Translations under genes and position numbers: made by a program
Notes under the pieces: generated by a model
Told to the model about the DNA's origin: nothing
Databases searched by the model: none
What the model saw: the letters and a program-made list of their open reading frames with translations, nothing else
From: Octopus vulgaris
Lineage: Eukaryota
Reading direction: 5' to 3'
Assembly (NCBI GenBank): GCA_951406725.2
Contig: OX597817.1
Location: 78,926,001 to 78,990,000, forward strand
DNA: 64,000 bases
In this document: piece by piece, positions 1 to 12,571 of the stretch
Layout: each line of letters begins with the position of its first letter
How positions within the stretch are numbered: the first letter of the stretch is position 1

Positions 1-317
1 ATTCCGGGTGAGGTCGCACCATAGCTGTATAAAGCACATTAAATAACATCTTCCTACTGCTTCATTTTTGTATCTGGTATGCAAGATTCTTTATGTGAAT
101 TCATGTGATTAGGGACATAATGATTCTCACTAGACACAACAAAAATGTTGTCCAACTTGCCTTTAAAAAGTCTGGTTGGATATGGTTCGAAATGCTTTGA
201 TTATAGGTCTGTTCAGTCAAGGTTGACCAGGGGACCAGCAACAATAGCAATAACAACAGCATTTTTCTTAAGGAGAAAGATAGAAACTATCCTCTACTTT
301 AATATACTGTGTGACTA

Positions 318-518
318 GGACAGCAAGTTGGCAGAACCATAAGCATGCTGGGTAAAATGCTTCGTCTGTATGATCCGAGTTCAAATTCCACCTAGGTCAA
401 ATTTACATTTTATCCTTTCAGGATTGGTAAAATATGTACCAGTTAAGCACTATGGTTGATGTAATCAACTTACCCACTCCCTGGAGTTGCTGGCCTTCGG
501 TCAAAATTTGAAACCAAT
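318..518 (+). mobile_element. Degenerate tRNA-derived SINE, family A
   Basis: Matches the better copy at 4108-4338: gcaagttggcagaa head, B-box-like gagttcaaattcc, cctttcaggattggtaaaatatgtaccagt body. Confidence 0.7.
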
Positions 519-1167
519 CTATTGTATGCCTGAAGCACAATTTCCATGAATGGACAACAAGGGAACAGAGGGGGAGATAAATCTCAGCCCTATCTATATG
601 GAATGCATTGTGGTATCCACAATAGACTACCTCACAGATATGTTAACTGATAGTCAGACATTAATGAAATAAGCCAGAATGGTCAGCCAATGTCCTGAGA
701 TTAACTAAAGAGTTATTTCCAAGATAACAAAATTATATGACAAAATTCTAAGTTCTTGTTTCCTCTCCACTCATAAAAGTGATAGATTCTGATCAAGAAC
801 CAACATTATTCTGACAGAATTGTCTCACAAGAGGATCGTGGGGATGGAAAAATGCAGGTTGTTAACTACTATTGAGTCTACCATTTGGGACACTTCAATG
901 AAGTAGATAATATATGTACATTTACTCTATCTATCTATCACTCTATTTATCTATTTATCACTCTATCTATCTATTTATATATATATATGTAAATACATAC
1001 ATATTCACACACACACATATATATGTATGTATATGTATGCATATGAGTATATATATATATATATGCTTCTATATCTATGTGTATGTGAGTTGTTGTATCT
1101 GTATACTTTGAGATAAACCGAACATAGTTAACCATTAATTATATTTGTATTTGATCACTATCACCCT

Positions 1168-1168
<1 letters not shown>

Positions 1169-1236
<68 letters not shown>

Positions 1237-1239
1237 CAT
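1169..1239. repeat. (CAT)n microsatellite
   Basis: Directly visible; explains the poly-Ile ORF 1145-1390. Confidence 0.95.
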
Positions 1240-1289
1240 TAAAAAAACAAAAAAGAAAAAACAAACCCAAAATGTCTGTTGCAATGCAG

Positions 1290-1490
1290 TAGTGTTCAGT
1301 TCCTCTGTGGTGTTATTTCATGTTCCTCAAGTTCACTCAGCTGTAGAAATGAGTTACAATGTCACTGGTGCCAAGCTGTATCAGCCTTAGCCTTTCTCTT
1401 GGATAACATCGATAGCATGAAGAAGAGAGGCTGGCATGCATGGGTGACTGCTGGCCTTCCACAAAAACAACCTTTCCTGGGCTTCCCGGT
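1290..1490 (+). mobile_element. Partial SINE, same family as 14368-14696
   Basis: Shares gttcactcagctgtagaaatgagtt...gtcactggtgccaagctgtatc...ctgctggccttcca with the reverse complement of 14368-14696. Confidence 0.75.
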
Positions 1491-1729
1491 GATGTGATAC
1501 TATGCAGTAATCCCTTGACTATTGCGGGTGATGCGTTCCAAAACACCTCTATTCTGCCTCTTGCTTTTCTTTTACCTCATCTTTCAAGCGGCAACAACCA
1601 AGAAACGCCACACCAGGAATCACAGTCCACTATCAGCTTTGGTAAATCCTCAGTTTCAAGCTGTATAGCTTTGCCAATGACATCAATGTACAGGAGGGTG
1701 TTGAAAAATTCCTGGCTTTAAGGGTACCC

Positions 1730-2290
1730 AGGCATTCTTGATCCATTGTCTCTCTCTCCCCACCACTGATCACCCTCGATGCATTTCAACAACACTTTTC
1801 CTACACTAACCACTTATTTCCAATCCTCCTTCCCCACAACTTCAACCCTCTGGAATCTCCTTTCTTTTCATGTCTTTCCAATGATTGTTGAATAATTCAC
1901 TTAACGACCACTGTTGCTTGGAGCTAGTTGGTTTTGTATCTCTAACCACTATTTCTTATCCTTCTTCCCCACAACATCAACCCTCTGGAATCTCTTCTCT
2001 ATTCATGCTTCTCCAGTGGTTGTGAAATCCCTACCATAATGCTCATTGTTGCTTGGAGCTGATTTGTCTTATATAACCATCATTAAGGCATTCTTGATCA
2101 TTGTATCTCATTCTCCACTTCTGATCATCCTTGATGCATTTCAACCCCAATTTTTCTGCACTAACAACTAATTTCAATCCTTCTTCCCCTACAACATCGA
2201 CCCTCTGGAATCCCTTCTCTATTCATGTGTCTTTCCAGTAGTTGTTGAATCATTACCATAATGATCACTGATGCTTGGTCCTGGCTGGTC
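1730..2290 (+). repeat. Locally amplified LINE-like 3' end (A-B-B-A-B array)
   Basis: Three ~130 bp units containing ccctctggaatc and two ~75 bp units starting aggcattcttgatc. Unit B reads SFFPTTSTLWNL, like CR1/Zenon-type ORF2 C-termini. Confidence 0.65.
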
Positions 2291-2707
2291 TCTAGAATCT
2301 CATCCCATATTGATGTCTTTCCAGGAGTCATTGTTCTGCAACCATTTAAACCAAACATTATCAGTACCAATCCCATTAGTTTCAAAGGGCCTGCCAAGGG
2401 TCATGGGTTCTACCCCTTTCTCCAGAATCAACAAGTCAAAAAATAAAAAAACAGAAAGAGAAAAAAAAATGAATGAATAAAGTTTGCAGCCTTTTTGTAT
2501 TTCTATAATGGTAACTACTACTTTTGATGGTTTCATTCTATCATCTAACTTGCAAAATTTGCTGCTGGAATCTTTTTCCATTAACTCTATGCTATTCTGA
2601 TTCTGATATACTTTTTAAACAAAACTCTATGTGTGTATGTTTATATATATATATATATGTGTGTGTGTCTATATATATGTATATATGTATGTATATATGT
2701 GTGTATG

Positions 2708-2757
<50 letters not shown>

Positions 2758-3719
2758 TATTTATATACTTATACATTCATATACATGTGTCTGTGTATGT
2801 GTGTGTATTTATATATGTATGTAGGTCTCATACTTATTCTATCAACTCCACTCCGCTCCTCTCCACCCTCCTCTGCTATAGATGAGAGAATAGAAGAGAA
2901 GTGAAAGCAAAGAAAGGATTTGAAGTAACAAACATTGGATACCATAAATCATCTTATCTAGTTTTTACTCTCGGCACTAACTCTACCAGACTGAAAAAAA
3001 TCCATAGCAACTGATCTCTCTCTCTCTGACTTCTGCCTGTCTGTCTGCTTGTCTGTCTTTCTATCTCTCTGTCGGTCTGTCTGTCTCTGTCTCTCCCCCC
3101 TCTCTCTCTCTCTTTCATTTAGCCTACTTTCTACTTTGTTTGTATACAATAAAGGAAAGGAGATATGATGCACCACATATTGCTTTTGTAGTATGGTAAA
3201 TGAAATATTTATTCTAATATATATATATATATGTAGGCATATACATATATATACATACACATATATAAATATATATATATATATATGTAGATAGAGAGAA
3301 AGAGAGAGTGAGAAAGATGTAAATACATATACATATATAGATATATATGTATGTATAGTGTTTCATTTTTAATGCATTATACAGACATTTTGAGATCGAT
3401 GACTTCGCAGACTAAATATCATGCAGGATTTTATTTCCTCATTTTTGAGTTCAAATCACCCAACAATTGACTCCCTCTCATCACATGCAGGCAAGTAAAT
3501 TAACTGAATACCAGTAATATAATGTGTCAATAAAATTTCTACATTCATTTTCAACAAATCAGTGACCAATAATAACTTGTTATCAAGATTATTGAAATAC
3601 CAGAGTGCTACCCATTATATATTGCAGGTGAAAATGAAAGTATATTTTTAGCAACATGGATAAATATATCAGAAAATATGTCATACATGTAATAATCATA
3701 ATTAAACAGAGAGAACATG

Positions 3720-4080
3720 TGGAAAAAGTAAACCCAGTAAGTGGTGGGATGAAGTGGTGAGAAAGGATCTTTGGGCCTCCCGGATGGGATGTCAGGGAAC
3801 CAAGACTGTAGGCAGTTTGCTGTGCTTGTGAAAACACATCAAGCTAAGTGAAACTGTGGTTGTCTTTTCATACAAGCATGTCACCTGCATCCCTCTCCAA
3901 CTGAGCATTTCTAATCATCCAGGCTCGTGGGTGCCGATACCATGTAAAAATCACCCATACCAGTGTCATGTAAATGCACCTGTGCCAGTGCTGCACAAAG
4001 ACATCTAGTACAAACTGTAAAGAGGTTTGCATTGGGAAGGTATCCAATTGTAGAAACCATGCTAAAACATACATGGAGCC
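3720..4080 (+). mobile_element. Old RTE-like LINE 3' fragment
   Basis: tgggatgaagtggtgagaaaggatctt = WDEVVRKDL, compare TWDEVVKHDL near 6915; followed by a degenerate 3'UTR motif gcattgggaaggtatccaattgtagaaac. Confidence 0.55.
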
Positions 4081-4107
4081 TTAATATAAACAGAATTCAT
4101 ACCAAAA

Positions 4108-4338
4108 GGCGGTGAGCTGGCAGAAACATTAGCATGCCGGGCAAAATGTTTAGTGGTATTTCATCTGCCATTACGTTCTGAGTTTGAATTCTACTGAGGT
4201 CGACTTTGCCTTCCATCTTTTCGGGGTCGATAAATTAAGTACGAGTTATGCACTGGAGTCGATGCAATCGACTTAATCCCTTTGTCTGTCTTTGTTTGTC
4301 GCCTCTATGTTTAGCCCTCTGTGGGCAACAAAGAAATA
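4108..4338 (+). mobile_element. Full-length tRNA-derived SINE, family A, with 16-bp TSD
   Basis: TSD agaattcataccaaaa at 4092-4107 and 4339-4354; ggcggtgagctggcagaa head, B-box-like gagtttgaattc, tail aaagaaata. Confidence 0.9.
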
Positions 4339-4645
4339 AGAATTCATACCAAAAATTTTAGTACAAAAAAATGTAATGAACAGGCTTTATTTCAAATCCC
4401 AAGAGTTGTTTCTGCTGGAATTGCTGAGAGTTACATATACACACATTGTTCCATTGATATGATTCAACAATAGCTGTGCATTTGCATGTCTTCAGAGAAG
4501 TGGGTTTAAGAGCATTGCTATATCATATTTATGCAAAAATGTGTATAATATGAACAACACTCAGCAATTACTAATGCACTGAGGCAGTTGTTGTGATTTG
4601 AATTAAAGCCTGTTCATTCCATCTTCTCGTATTAAAATTCTTTCA

Positions 4646-5060
4646 CATCATCATCATCATTTAGCATCCGCTTTCCATGCTAGCATGGGTTGGACGGTTC
4701 AACTGGGGTCTGTGAAGCCAGAAGGCTGCATCAGGCCCAGTCTGATCTGGCAGTGTTTCTACGGCTGGATGCCCTTCCTAACGCCAACCACTCCGTGAGT
4801 GTAGTGGGTGCTTTTTACGTGCCACCCACACAAGTGCCAGACGGAGCTGGCAAACGGCCACGGACGGATGGTGCTTTTTACGTGCCACCGGCACGGGGCC
4901 AGGCGAGGCTGGCAACAGCCACGAACAGATGGTACTTTTTACGTGCCACCGGCACGAGGCCAGTCTGGGTGGCACTGGCAACGGCCACATTCGGATGGTT
5001 CTCTTATGTGCCACCGGCACTGGTAACTCAGCTGCAATTTCCATTGATCGATTTCAATTC
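4646..5060 (-). mobile_element. 5'-truncated RTE 3'UTR copy (or RTE-tailed SINE)
   Basis: Reverse-complement homologue of ~7130-7540, with (GAT)n tail and four GTGCCGGTGGCACGTAAAAAGCACC-type units. Confidence 0.85.
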
Positions 5061-5450
5061 TGATTCTGATTCACATATAAGTATATATATATTTACTTTT
5101 GATGTAGGATAAAATTTTTTTCAAAAAATTTCATCAGTGGCCAGTATATTAAAATACCTTTTCAGGTGAAAATTATAAACAATTATAAGAGGGCAAAAGA
5201 AAAAAAAAAAGGGGATAGAAATTTTTTTTGCTCTTATTTATAAATATATATATGTGGGTATGTATGTGTTGTGATTTTATGTAATTATGTAGATTGTAGA
5301 AAGGCTTTCTGGTGTATTCTATAGTTCTCAGATACAGCCATTTGATTACCTAAAATAGCCATAGAATTTGAACTCGTTTCATACGACTTTGTACATCTAA
5401 ATTATAATAAAGCGTTACTGGAAAGTAAAAATGAGTGAATTCAATACTAT

Positions 5451-5497
<47 letters not shown>

Positions 5498-5501
<4 letters not shown>

Positions 5502-7543
5502 AGTAGACAAAGCCATTAGTGCAAAGAAACAGGCCTGGAAAGCCTGGAGGGATGGGGATAGCAGGGAACTGTACCAGGTAGCCAAAAGGGAGGCTGGGCG
5601 GCAGGTATACATAGTCAAAGATGTAGCAGAAAAGAAGAAGTTTGCCAATGTCCAGCGACGTGAGGACCAAAGAACTGAGGTATTTTGGATTGGTAGACAG
5701 TGTGTGAGAGAAAATAGTGATGTTACAGGAGAGAAATGTGTCCGCATGGATGATGGTGCACTTGCTTTTAATGATGGTGAGAAGAAAGAGGCTTGGAGAA
5801 GCCATTATGAAAGACTGCTGAATGTGGAGAATGAATGGGAAGAGGAGAGCCAGCCAAATGTTGACCCAGTAGATGGACCAGCTATCTGAATAGACAGCTC
5901 CCTTGTAGTTAAGGCAATTAAGGGTATGAAACCAGGTAAAGCCCCCGGCCCATCAGGAATCACTACTGAAGTAGGTGTACACCAAGGTTCAGCCCTCAGT
6001 TCCCTTTTATTCATCATAGTCCTCCAGGCAATAACAGAGGAATTCAAAACAGGTTGCCCCTGGGAGTTCCTCTATGCTGATGACCTGACTCTCATAGCAG
6101 AATCACTACTGGAACTAGAAAAGAAACTTCGGGTGTGGAAGCAAGGGTTAGAATCAAAGGGCCTTAGAGTAAATGTAGCAAAGACCAAAGTTATAGTAAG
6201 CAGAAAGGTGAACTCAGCACACACCCCCTCGGGCAGGTGGCCCTGCTCGATCTGCAGGAAAGGTGTAGGTAAAAACTCCATAAGATGTACCCAGTGTAAG
6301 CTATGGACGCATAAGAGGTGCAGCAACATCAAAGGGAAATTAACTGATAAGATAGCTTTCATGTGCGGCAGATGCACAGGGACAATAGACACCACAGACA
6401 CACAAGAAACAAATTCCATCACACTCCAGAGGGAGAAATTAGAAGTAGTTGATAGTTTCCGCTATCTGGGTGACCAAGTTAGTAGGGGAGGTGGATGCTC
6501 AGAGAGTGTCACCACTAGAATACGAATAGCCTGGGCAAAGTTCAGAAAGCTCCTACCCCTACTGGCGACAAAGGGTCTCTTACTCAGAGTGAAAGGTAGA
6601 TTGTATGATGCACGTGTGTGAACTGCCGTGCTTCACGGTAGTGAAACATGGGCTGTGACTGCAGAGGACATGCATAGACTTGAAAGAAATGAAGCTAACA
6701 TGATCCACTGGATGTGTAATGACAGTGTGCATGCACGACAGAGTGTAAGCACCCTGAGAGAAATGCTGGACATAAGAAGCATCAGATGTGGTGTGCAAGA
6801 GCGAAGCTTGTGATGGTATGGTCATGTACTGCAGATGGACGAGGAGAGATGCGTGAAGAAGTGCCGCTCCCAAACAGTTGAAGGTATCAGGGGGAGAGGT
6901 AGACCCAGGAAGACATGGGATGAGGTAGTCAAGCATGACCTCAAAGTGTTGGGCCTCACAGAGGCAATGACGAAGGACCAAGATCTCTGGAGATATGCTG
7001 TGACTGCAAAGACCCAGGCTGCTTCCTGCACCAGTTCCGCATAGTCCCTGCCCATTCAAAGTACCTTGGATTTCAGAACAACCCGCTGTGCTTGAGGAGA
7101 CCTATTGAGACATGAACATCGAAATAAATATCAATGGAAATAGTAGTTGTGCCGGCGGCACATAAAAAGCACCATCCGAACGTGGCTGATGCCAGCGCCA
7201 CCTCGACTGGCTTCTGTGCCGGTGGCATGTAAGAAGCACCATCCGAACGTGGCCGATGCCAGCGCCGCCCTGACTGACTTCTGTGCCGGTGGCACGTTAA
7301 AAGCACCAACTGATCGTGGTCGCTGCCAGACTCTCCTGGCACCTGTGCTGGTGGCATGTAAAAAGCACCCACTACACTCGTGGAGTGGTTGGCATTAGGA
7401 AGAGCATCCAGCTGTAAAAACACTGCCAGATCAGACTGGAGCCTGGTGCAGCCTCCAGGCTTCCCAGACCCCAGTCGAACCGTCCAACCTGTGCTAGTGC
7501 GGAAAACAGATGTTAAAAGATGATGATGATGATGATGATGATG
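5498..7543 (+). mobile_element. RTE-clade LINE retrotransposon; 5'-truncated, internally deleted, with nonsense stops
   Basis: ORF pieces KAPGPSGI, GVHQGSALSSLLF, LYADD (6070-6084), FRYLG, LHGSETW, RGRPRKTWDEVV are diagnostic of RTE RT and C-terminus. Stops at 5887, 6619 and 6811. 3'UTR 7045-7517 followed by a (GAT)n tail. Confidence 0.93.
5926..6621 (+). pseudogene. Reverse transcriptase fragment of the RTE LINE with embedded C4HC3 (PHD-like) finger
   Basis: QG and YADD motifs present; CSIC...CTQC...HKRC...CGRC at 6244-6375. Confidence 0.88.
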
Positions 7544-7548
7544 ATATA

Positions 7549-7916
7549 TGTCATCGTGGCACTCCGTCAATTGCGATGATGAGGGTTCCAGTTAATCCAA
7601 TTAACGGAACAGCCTGCTCATGATATTAACATGACATGCAAGTGGCTGAGCACTCCACAGACACATATACTTTTAATGTAGTTCTCAGCATGACACAGTG
7701 TGTGACAAGGCTGGCCCTTTGAAATACAGGTACAATAGAAACAGGAGTGAGAGAAATTTGTGATGAAAGAGTACAACAGGGTTGTTGTTGCTGGAGCCCT
7801 GTGGAGTTTTAGGTGTTTTCATTCACTAAACACTCACAACACCCGGTCTGGGAATCGAAACCATGATCCTACAACCATGAGTCCACTGCCCTAACTACTG
7901 AGACATTGTGCCTCCA
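7549..7916 (-). mobile_element. tRNA-derived SINE, family C
   Basis: Minus strand begins ggaggcacaatgtctcagtagttagggcagtggactc...ggtttcgattcccagaccggg, homologous to 52012 and 55783. Confidence 0.8.
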
Positions 7917-7927
7917 CACACACAAAT

Positions 7928-7978
<51 letters not shown>

Positions 7979-8819
7979 CCAAACACACATGCACATACAC
8001 ACACCCATATATATAAACAGATAGACACTCACACATATATGTATGTATGTATATATATATATATGTATTTAGTCAAGGAACTAAAATCCTTTAAGGGATG
8101 CTAGCATCCTAGTTCACTGATTTATACCAGCGTTCAGTGAAAACCAAATATATTAGTTTATCATTGAAACATATAGATATTTTAAAAACTTTAAGAATGA
8201 GAAAATGAAGAAATTAGAAAAAATTGACATAATGACGTTGATTGGATTCAAATACAAGAATTTGAATTTTTTCTGTAATCAAATTGATTGGATTTCGAAA
8301 CAGCTGTAGGCAGGAATTTTTGTACATGGATTTGAATGTCTTTAAATAAATAAAGTCTGTACATCAATTTTTTCTATTTTCTTCATTTTCTCATTCTTAA
8401 ATATATATGTATGTATATATATATATCAGCCCAAGGTTACACTCAGACTTAACCTTGAGTTGAGCTGGCAGACTAGCACAATCACTAGAGCATCTTTCTT
8501 TCGAGTCTTTACATTCCGAGTTCAAATCCTGCTGTGATCAATTTTGTAGTGTAAATTTTACCCCGCTGCCTAAATTAGCATCATTCCTATAAATAGATTG
8601 CTGAATAAACAAATAAACAAACAATAAATAAATAAATAGGTAAATGAATTGGAACCGTTTTTATGAGGGTGTCAGTCGATATTAGGGGTTACTGGATATC
8701 ATTGAAATCTCAATGGTGTGGGTCCTAAATAGTCAATAACTGCTAGAAGATATCTTGTTTAGATATCTTATCACTGAACCAAGCTACATATAATAAGGGT
8801 ATTAGAGGTGATGATGCTA

Positions 8820-9540
8820 GATTGGTAGTGGTGGTAGTGATGTCAGTGGGCTGATGCTGGTGGTGGTGGTGATGAGTGTGGTTGTGGTGGTGGTAGTTGT
8901 GGTGATGGTGATGGTATTGGTGATGGAGGTAATGACAATGAGTAATCTTATTCTGAGGAACATGATGTTAGCAGTATTGATACTAGTAGTGGTGGTGGTG
9001 GCGGTGTTGGTGGCAGAAATGGTGGTGGCAGCAGTGAGAGCAGTGGCACAGTGGTGGTGTTCGAGGCAGCAATGGCACAGTGGTGACAGTCATGGCGGCA
9101 GTCATGTGGTAGTGATGGTGTTAGTGCTATGGTTGCTGGTGATCATGGTGATGGTGGTGGTGGTAGTGGTGGGTGTGGTGGTGGTGGTGGTGGTACTGCT
9201 GCTGCTGGTGGTAATGATACTTATGATGGTGATGGTAGTAGTGGCGAAGGTAGTGTTGGTGATAGTGGTAGTAGTGGCATTAATGATGGTGGCGACAGTA
9301 GTGGTCATGGTTGTGATGACAGTAGATATGGTGATGGTGGTGCTGTTGGCAGTGATGATGGTGATGGTGGAGGAGGTGATGGCGTTCGTATCAGTGGTGG
9401 TGGTGGTAGTGGTGACAGCGGTAAGAGTAGCAGCTATAACATGGATTCTTATTGTTGAGGCAGTGTTGATGTTAATTTTGTTGTTGTTGTTGTTGTTGCT
9501 GCTGCTGGTAGTGGTGGTGGTGGTTTGTTATTGTTGTAAG
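8820..9540. repeat. GGT/GAT/GTA trinucleotide low-complexity tract
   Basis: Directly visible; yields spurious poly-Val, poly-Gly and poly-Thr ORFs. Confidence 0.9.
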
Positions 9541-9749
9541 TTATACTCAATCGTTCCTGCAACAGCTGCGATCATATTGCCTCATTAGTCGACAACAGCG
9601 CCACCTACGGTGAAAACAACAACAGTAACACTAATATATAAGTTTGCAAAGCAATTGAGAGTTACTGTCTATATAATCACTCACTTGACCTGTTAAATAT
9701 AGCAGTGAAATAATTGTCAAGAAGGAAAACACAAACATGTAACATACAG

Positions 9750-10072
9750 AGAGCACTCCGTCAGTTATGACGACGTGGGTCCCAGCTGATATGATCAACG
9801 GAGCAGCTTGCTTGTGAAATTAAAGTGCAAGTGGCTGAGCACTCCACAGACATGTGTACCCTTAATATAGTTCTCAAGGAGATTGAGTGTGACACTGAGT
9901 GGGACAAGGCTGGCCCTTTGAAATACAGGTACTACTCATTTTTGCCAGCTGAGTGGACTGGAGCAACATGAAATAAACTGTCTTGTTCAAGGACTCAATA
10001 TATTGCTAGGAATTGAACTCATGACCTTTTGATCTTGAGCGGAATGCCCTAACCACTCAACCATGTGCCTTC
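9750..10072 (-). mobile_element. SINE sharing the family C 3' body
   Basis: gtgcaagtggctgagcactccacagaca...gacaaggctggccctttgaaatacaggtac is shared with ~7635-7733; tRNA-like head at the right end on the minus strand. Confidence 0.7.
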
Positions 10073-10089
10073 ACTGCAACATATATACA

Positions 10090-10154
<65 letters not shown>

Positions 10155-10343
10155 TTCAAATGTTTGCACAAGGCCAGTAATTTCAGGGGAATGGGTAAGT
10201 CATTTGAATTGACCCCAGTGCTCAACTGGTACTCATTTTATCAACCCCAAAATGATGAAAAGCAAAATCGACCTCAGCAGAATTTGAATTCAAATCATAA
10301 AGACGGACAAACTGCTGTTCAGATATTAATATTCGGATATATA

Positions 10344-10563
10344 CAAGAGGGTGCTGAAAAGTTCCTGGCTTTGGATAAAAGAAAATACAGGAGGATCAGT
10401 TAATTATGATTTTATTTAAACATATTCCCCTCTCAAATTCACACACTCATTGCAGTGGTCCTTCAGTTTTTCTAAGCCCTGTAAAAGAACTCAGAAGTTT
10501 GGGCCTCCGATGAGGCTTTTCACAATACCATTAAAGATAGAAACTTTCCAGCAAACCCTCATG
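10344..10563. mobile_element. Mariner-type MITE
   Basis: TA then caagagggtgctgaaaagttcctggcttt, with the imperfect inverted end aaagatagaaactttccagcaaaccctcatg. A lone matching end lies at ~1691-1720. Confidence 0.7.
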
Positions 10564-10823
10564 TTTGTGTATATATGCATGTATTTATCTATGTATGTCA
10601 AAGTAGATGAATAGATAGATACATAGATTAATTGAAAATTGAAAGCTAGCTAACTAGATAGGCTGATACAGATATACTTAAGATCTGACAATAATCGCTA
10701 AATGATTACTCTTCATAGGCAAGCATAATAGACTAAGTAATTTATGTAAATTTAACATAAAAACAGTGATACTCAGTAACAAGGATATTTTTATGTCATT
10801 TCAATATGAGTAAGAAGTTTAAG

Positions 10824-11030
10824 TCAGCAAGCTGGCAGAATTGCCAGCATGCCAGGCAAAATATTTACCAGCATGTCATCCATCTTTATGTTCGGGATTC
10901 AAATTTTGCCAAGGTCGACTTTGCCTTTCATTCTTGTCAATGAATTAAGTACCAGTTAAGTACTGGTGTCGCTGTGATTGACTTACCCCTCCCACTAAAT
11001 TACAGGCCTTGTGACAAAATTTGAAACCAA
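10824..11030 (+). mobile_element. SINE family A, degenerate
   Basis: gcaagctggcagaa...attcaaattttgccaaggtcgactttgcctttcat...aagtaccagtt. Confidence 0.7.
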
Positions 11031-11181
11031 TATAAATAAGCTGTTTGCTTCCCAACCACACGGTCTTGGTTTCAGTCTATCTGTGCAATACATTGGGAAA
11101 GTGTCTTCTATTATTGCCTCAGGCTAACCAAAGCCTTGTAAATGAATTCGGTAGGTGAGAGGTCAGTCATGCATATATATA

Positions 11182-11590
11182 TCATCATCATTATCATCAT
11201 CGTTGAAAGTCTGCTTTCCATGCTGGCATGGGTCGGATGGTCTGGCTGAGAACTGGCAAGCTAGAAGGCTGCACCAGGCTCCAATCTGATTTGGCAAGAT
11301 TTCTACAGCTTGATGCCCTTCTTAATGCTAACCACTCTGAGAGTATAGTGGGTGCTTTTATGTGCCACCAGCATGGGAGTCAGTCAGGTTGCACTGGCAT
11401 TGGCTATGCTTAAATGGTGATTTTTTTACATACCACTGGCACAGGTGCCAGTCAAGTGGCATAAGCATTGTCTATGCTCAAATGGTGATTTTTACGTGCC
11501 ACTGGCACTGATGCCAGTCAGGTGGTACTGGCATTGGCTATGCTCAAATGGTGTTTTTTACATGTCACTGGCACAGGTGCCACCCAGGTG
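11182..11590 (-). mobile_element. Older RTE 3'UTR copy with four hairpin units
   Basis: (CAT)n, ctttccatgctggcatggg, gatgcccttcttaatgctaaccactc, then repeated tttttacgtgccactggcac-like units. Confidence 0.75.
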
Positions 11591-11854
11591 ACTTGTGCCT
11601 ACTTTGGCAATGATGACAACCTATCTCTCTTGAAATTATATTGCATATTCAAAATTATACAAGAAAGCCATTTTGGGGGAAGATAGTAAGTAGATATCCT
11701 TGACCAACACCCTATTTGACTGGTACTTTCAAGCTCATTTGAACTCAGAACATAAAGATAAATGAACTGCTGCTAAGCATTTTCTTTTGGCATGTTAATG
11801 ATTCAGCCAGCTTGCCACTTCATAAAAATAATAATAATAATAATAATAATGTCT

Positions 11855-12328
11855 TGGTATAAAAGATGGGCTACAGCAAATATTCTGCTCAATACCACAG
11901 ATTTGCTTGTCATTTATTTGACCGTAACCAGTTGAGCATGTCCCTTAGTGGCTGACGATATGTGCATCTCTGATCACGTGCAGAAGTAGTGGGGGAGCAT
12001 CATAGCCATGTGTTGAGAGGGATTCTTTGGGGTTTGAATAATTCACCTCTGGAAACATAGGTGTTTCGTTCAACATCCTTAAACAACCGTTAATCAGGGA
12101 CCTTTTAAGTGGGATGAGTTACTCAACCAGAAGAAAATTCTAACTGGGCCCTACCTGCAAGGTCATGTGCTGTTTATCTTGATATGAGATCACCATGTTG
12201 TGCACATATGGTTGTGATGCATGTGCCTGGTGTACCCTTAAAAGACAAGTAGTCATGATGTGTATACTGGGCTTCAAATATTTTACCCCAGTGTCATTTT
12301 GATGGCATGCACTGCTCTCTCATTCAAT
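11855..12328. mobile_element. Interspersed repeat, family D (unclassified, next to (AAT)n)
   Basis: Its right part recurs at 38575-38760, and its left end recurs inverted at ~62350-62425. Confidence 0.7.
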
Positions 12329-12497
12329 AACAATAATAATAATAATAATAATGTTAATAATAATAATAATGATAATAATAATAATAATAATGATAATAAT
12401 AATAATAATAATGATGATATTAATAATAATAATGATAATAATAATAATAATAATGATGATATTAATAATAATAATGATAATAATAATAATAATGATG

Positions 12498-12571
<74 letters not shown>
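12325..12571. repeat. (AAT)n/(GAT) microsatellite
   Basis: Directly visible; explains poly-Asn and poly-Ile ORFs. Confidence 0.95.

Noticed and set aside
540-705. Possible Penelope C-terminus (NLSPIY-like) followed by a decayed hammerhead
   Set aside because: Too short and too degenerate to distinguish from chance.
7149-7370. CRISPR-like palindromic repeat-spacer array
   Set aside because: The linkers are homologous to one another, the array lies in a LINE 3'UTR in eukaryotic DNA, and no cas genes are present.
8854-9588. 244-aa hydrophobic ORF, and similar ORFs at 30160-31061 and 36766-38050
   Set aside because: Translations of trinucleotide and other low-complexity tracts.
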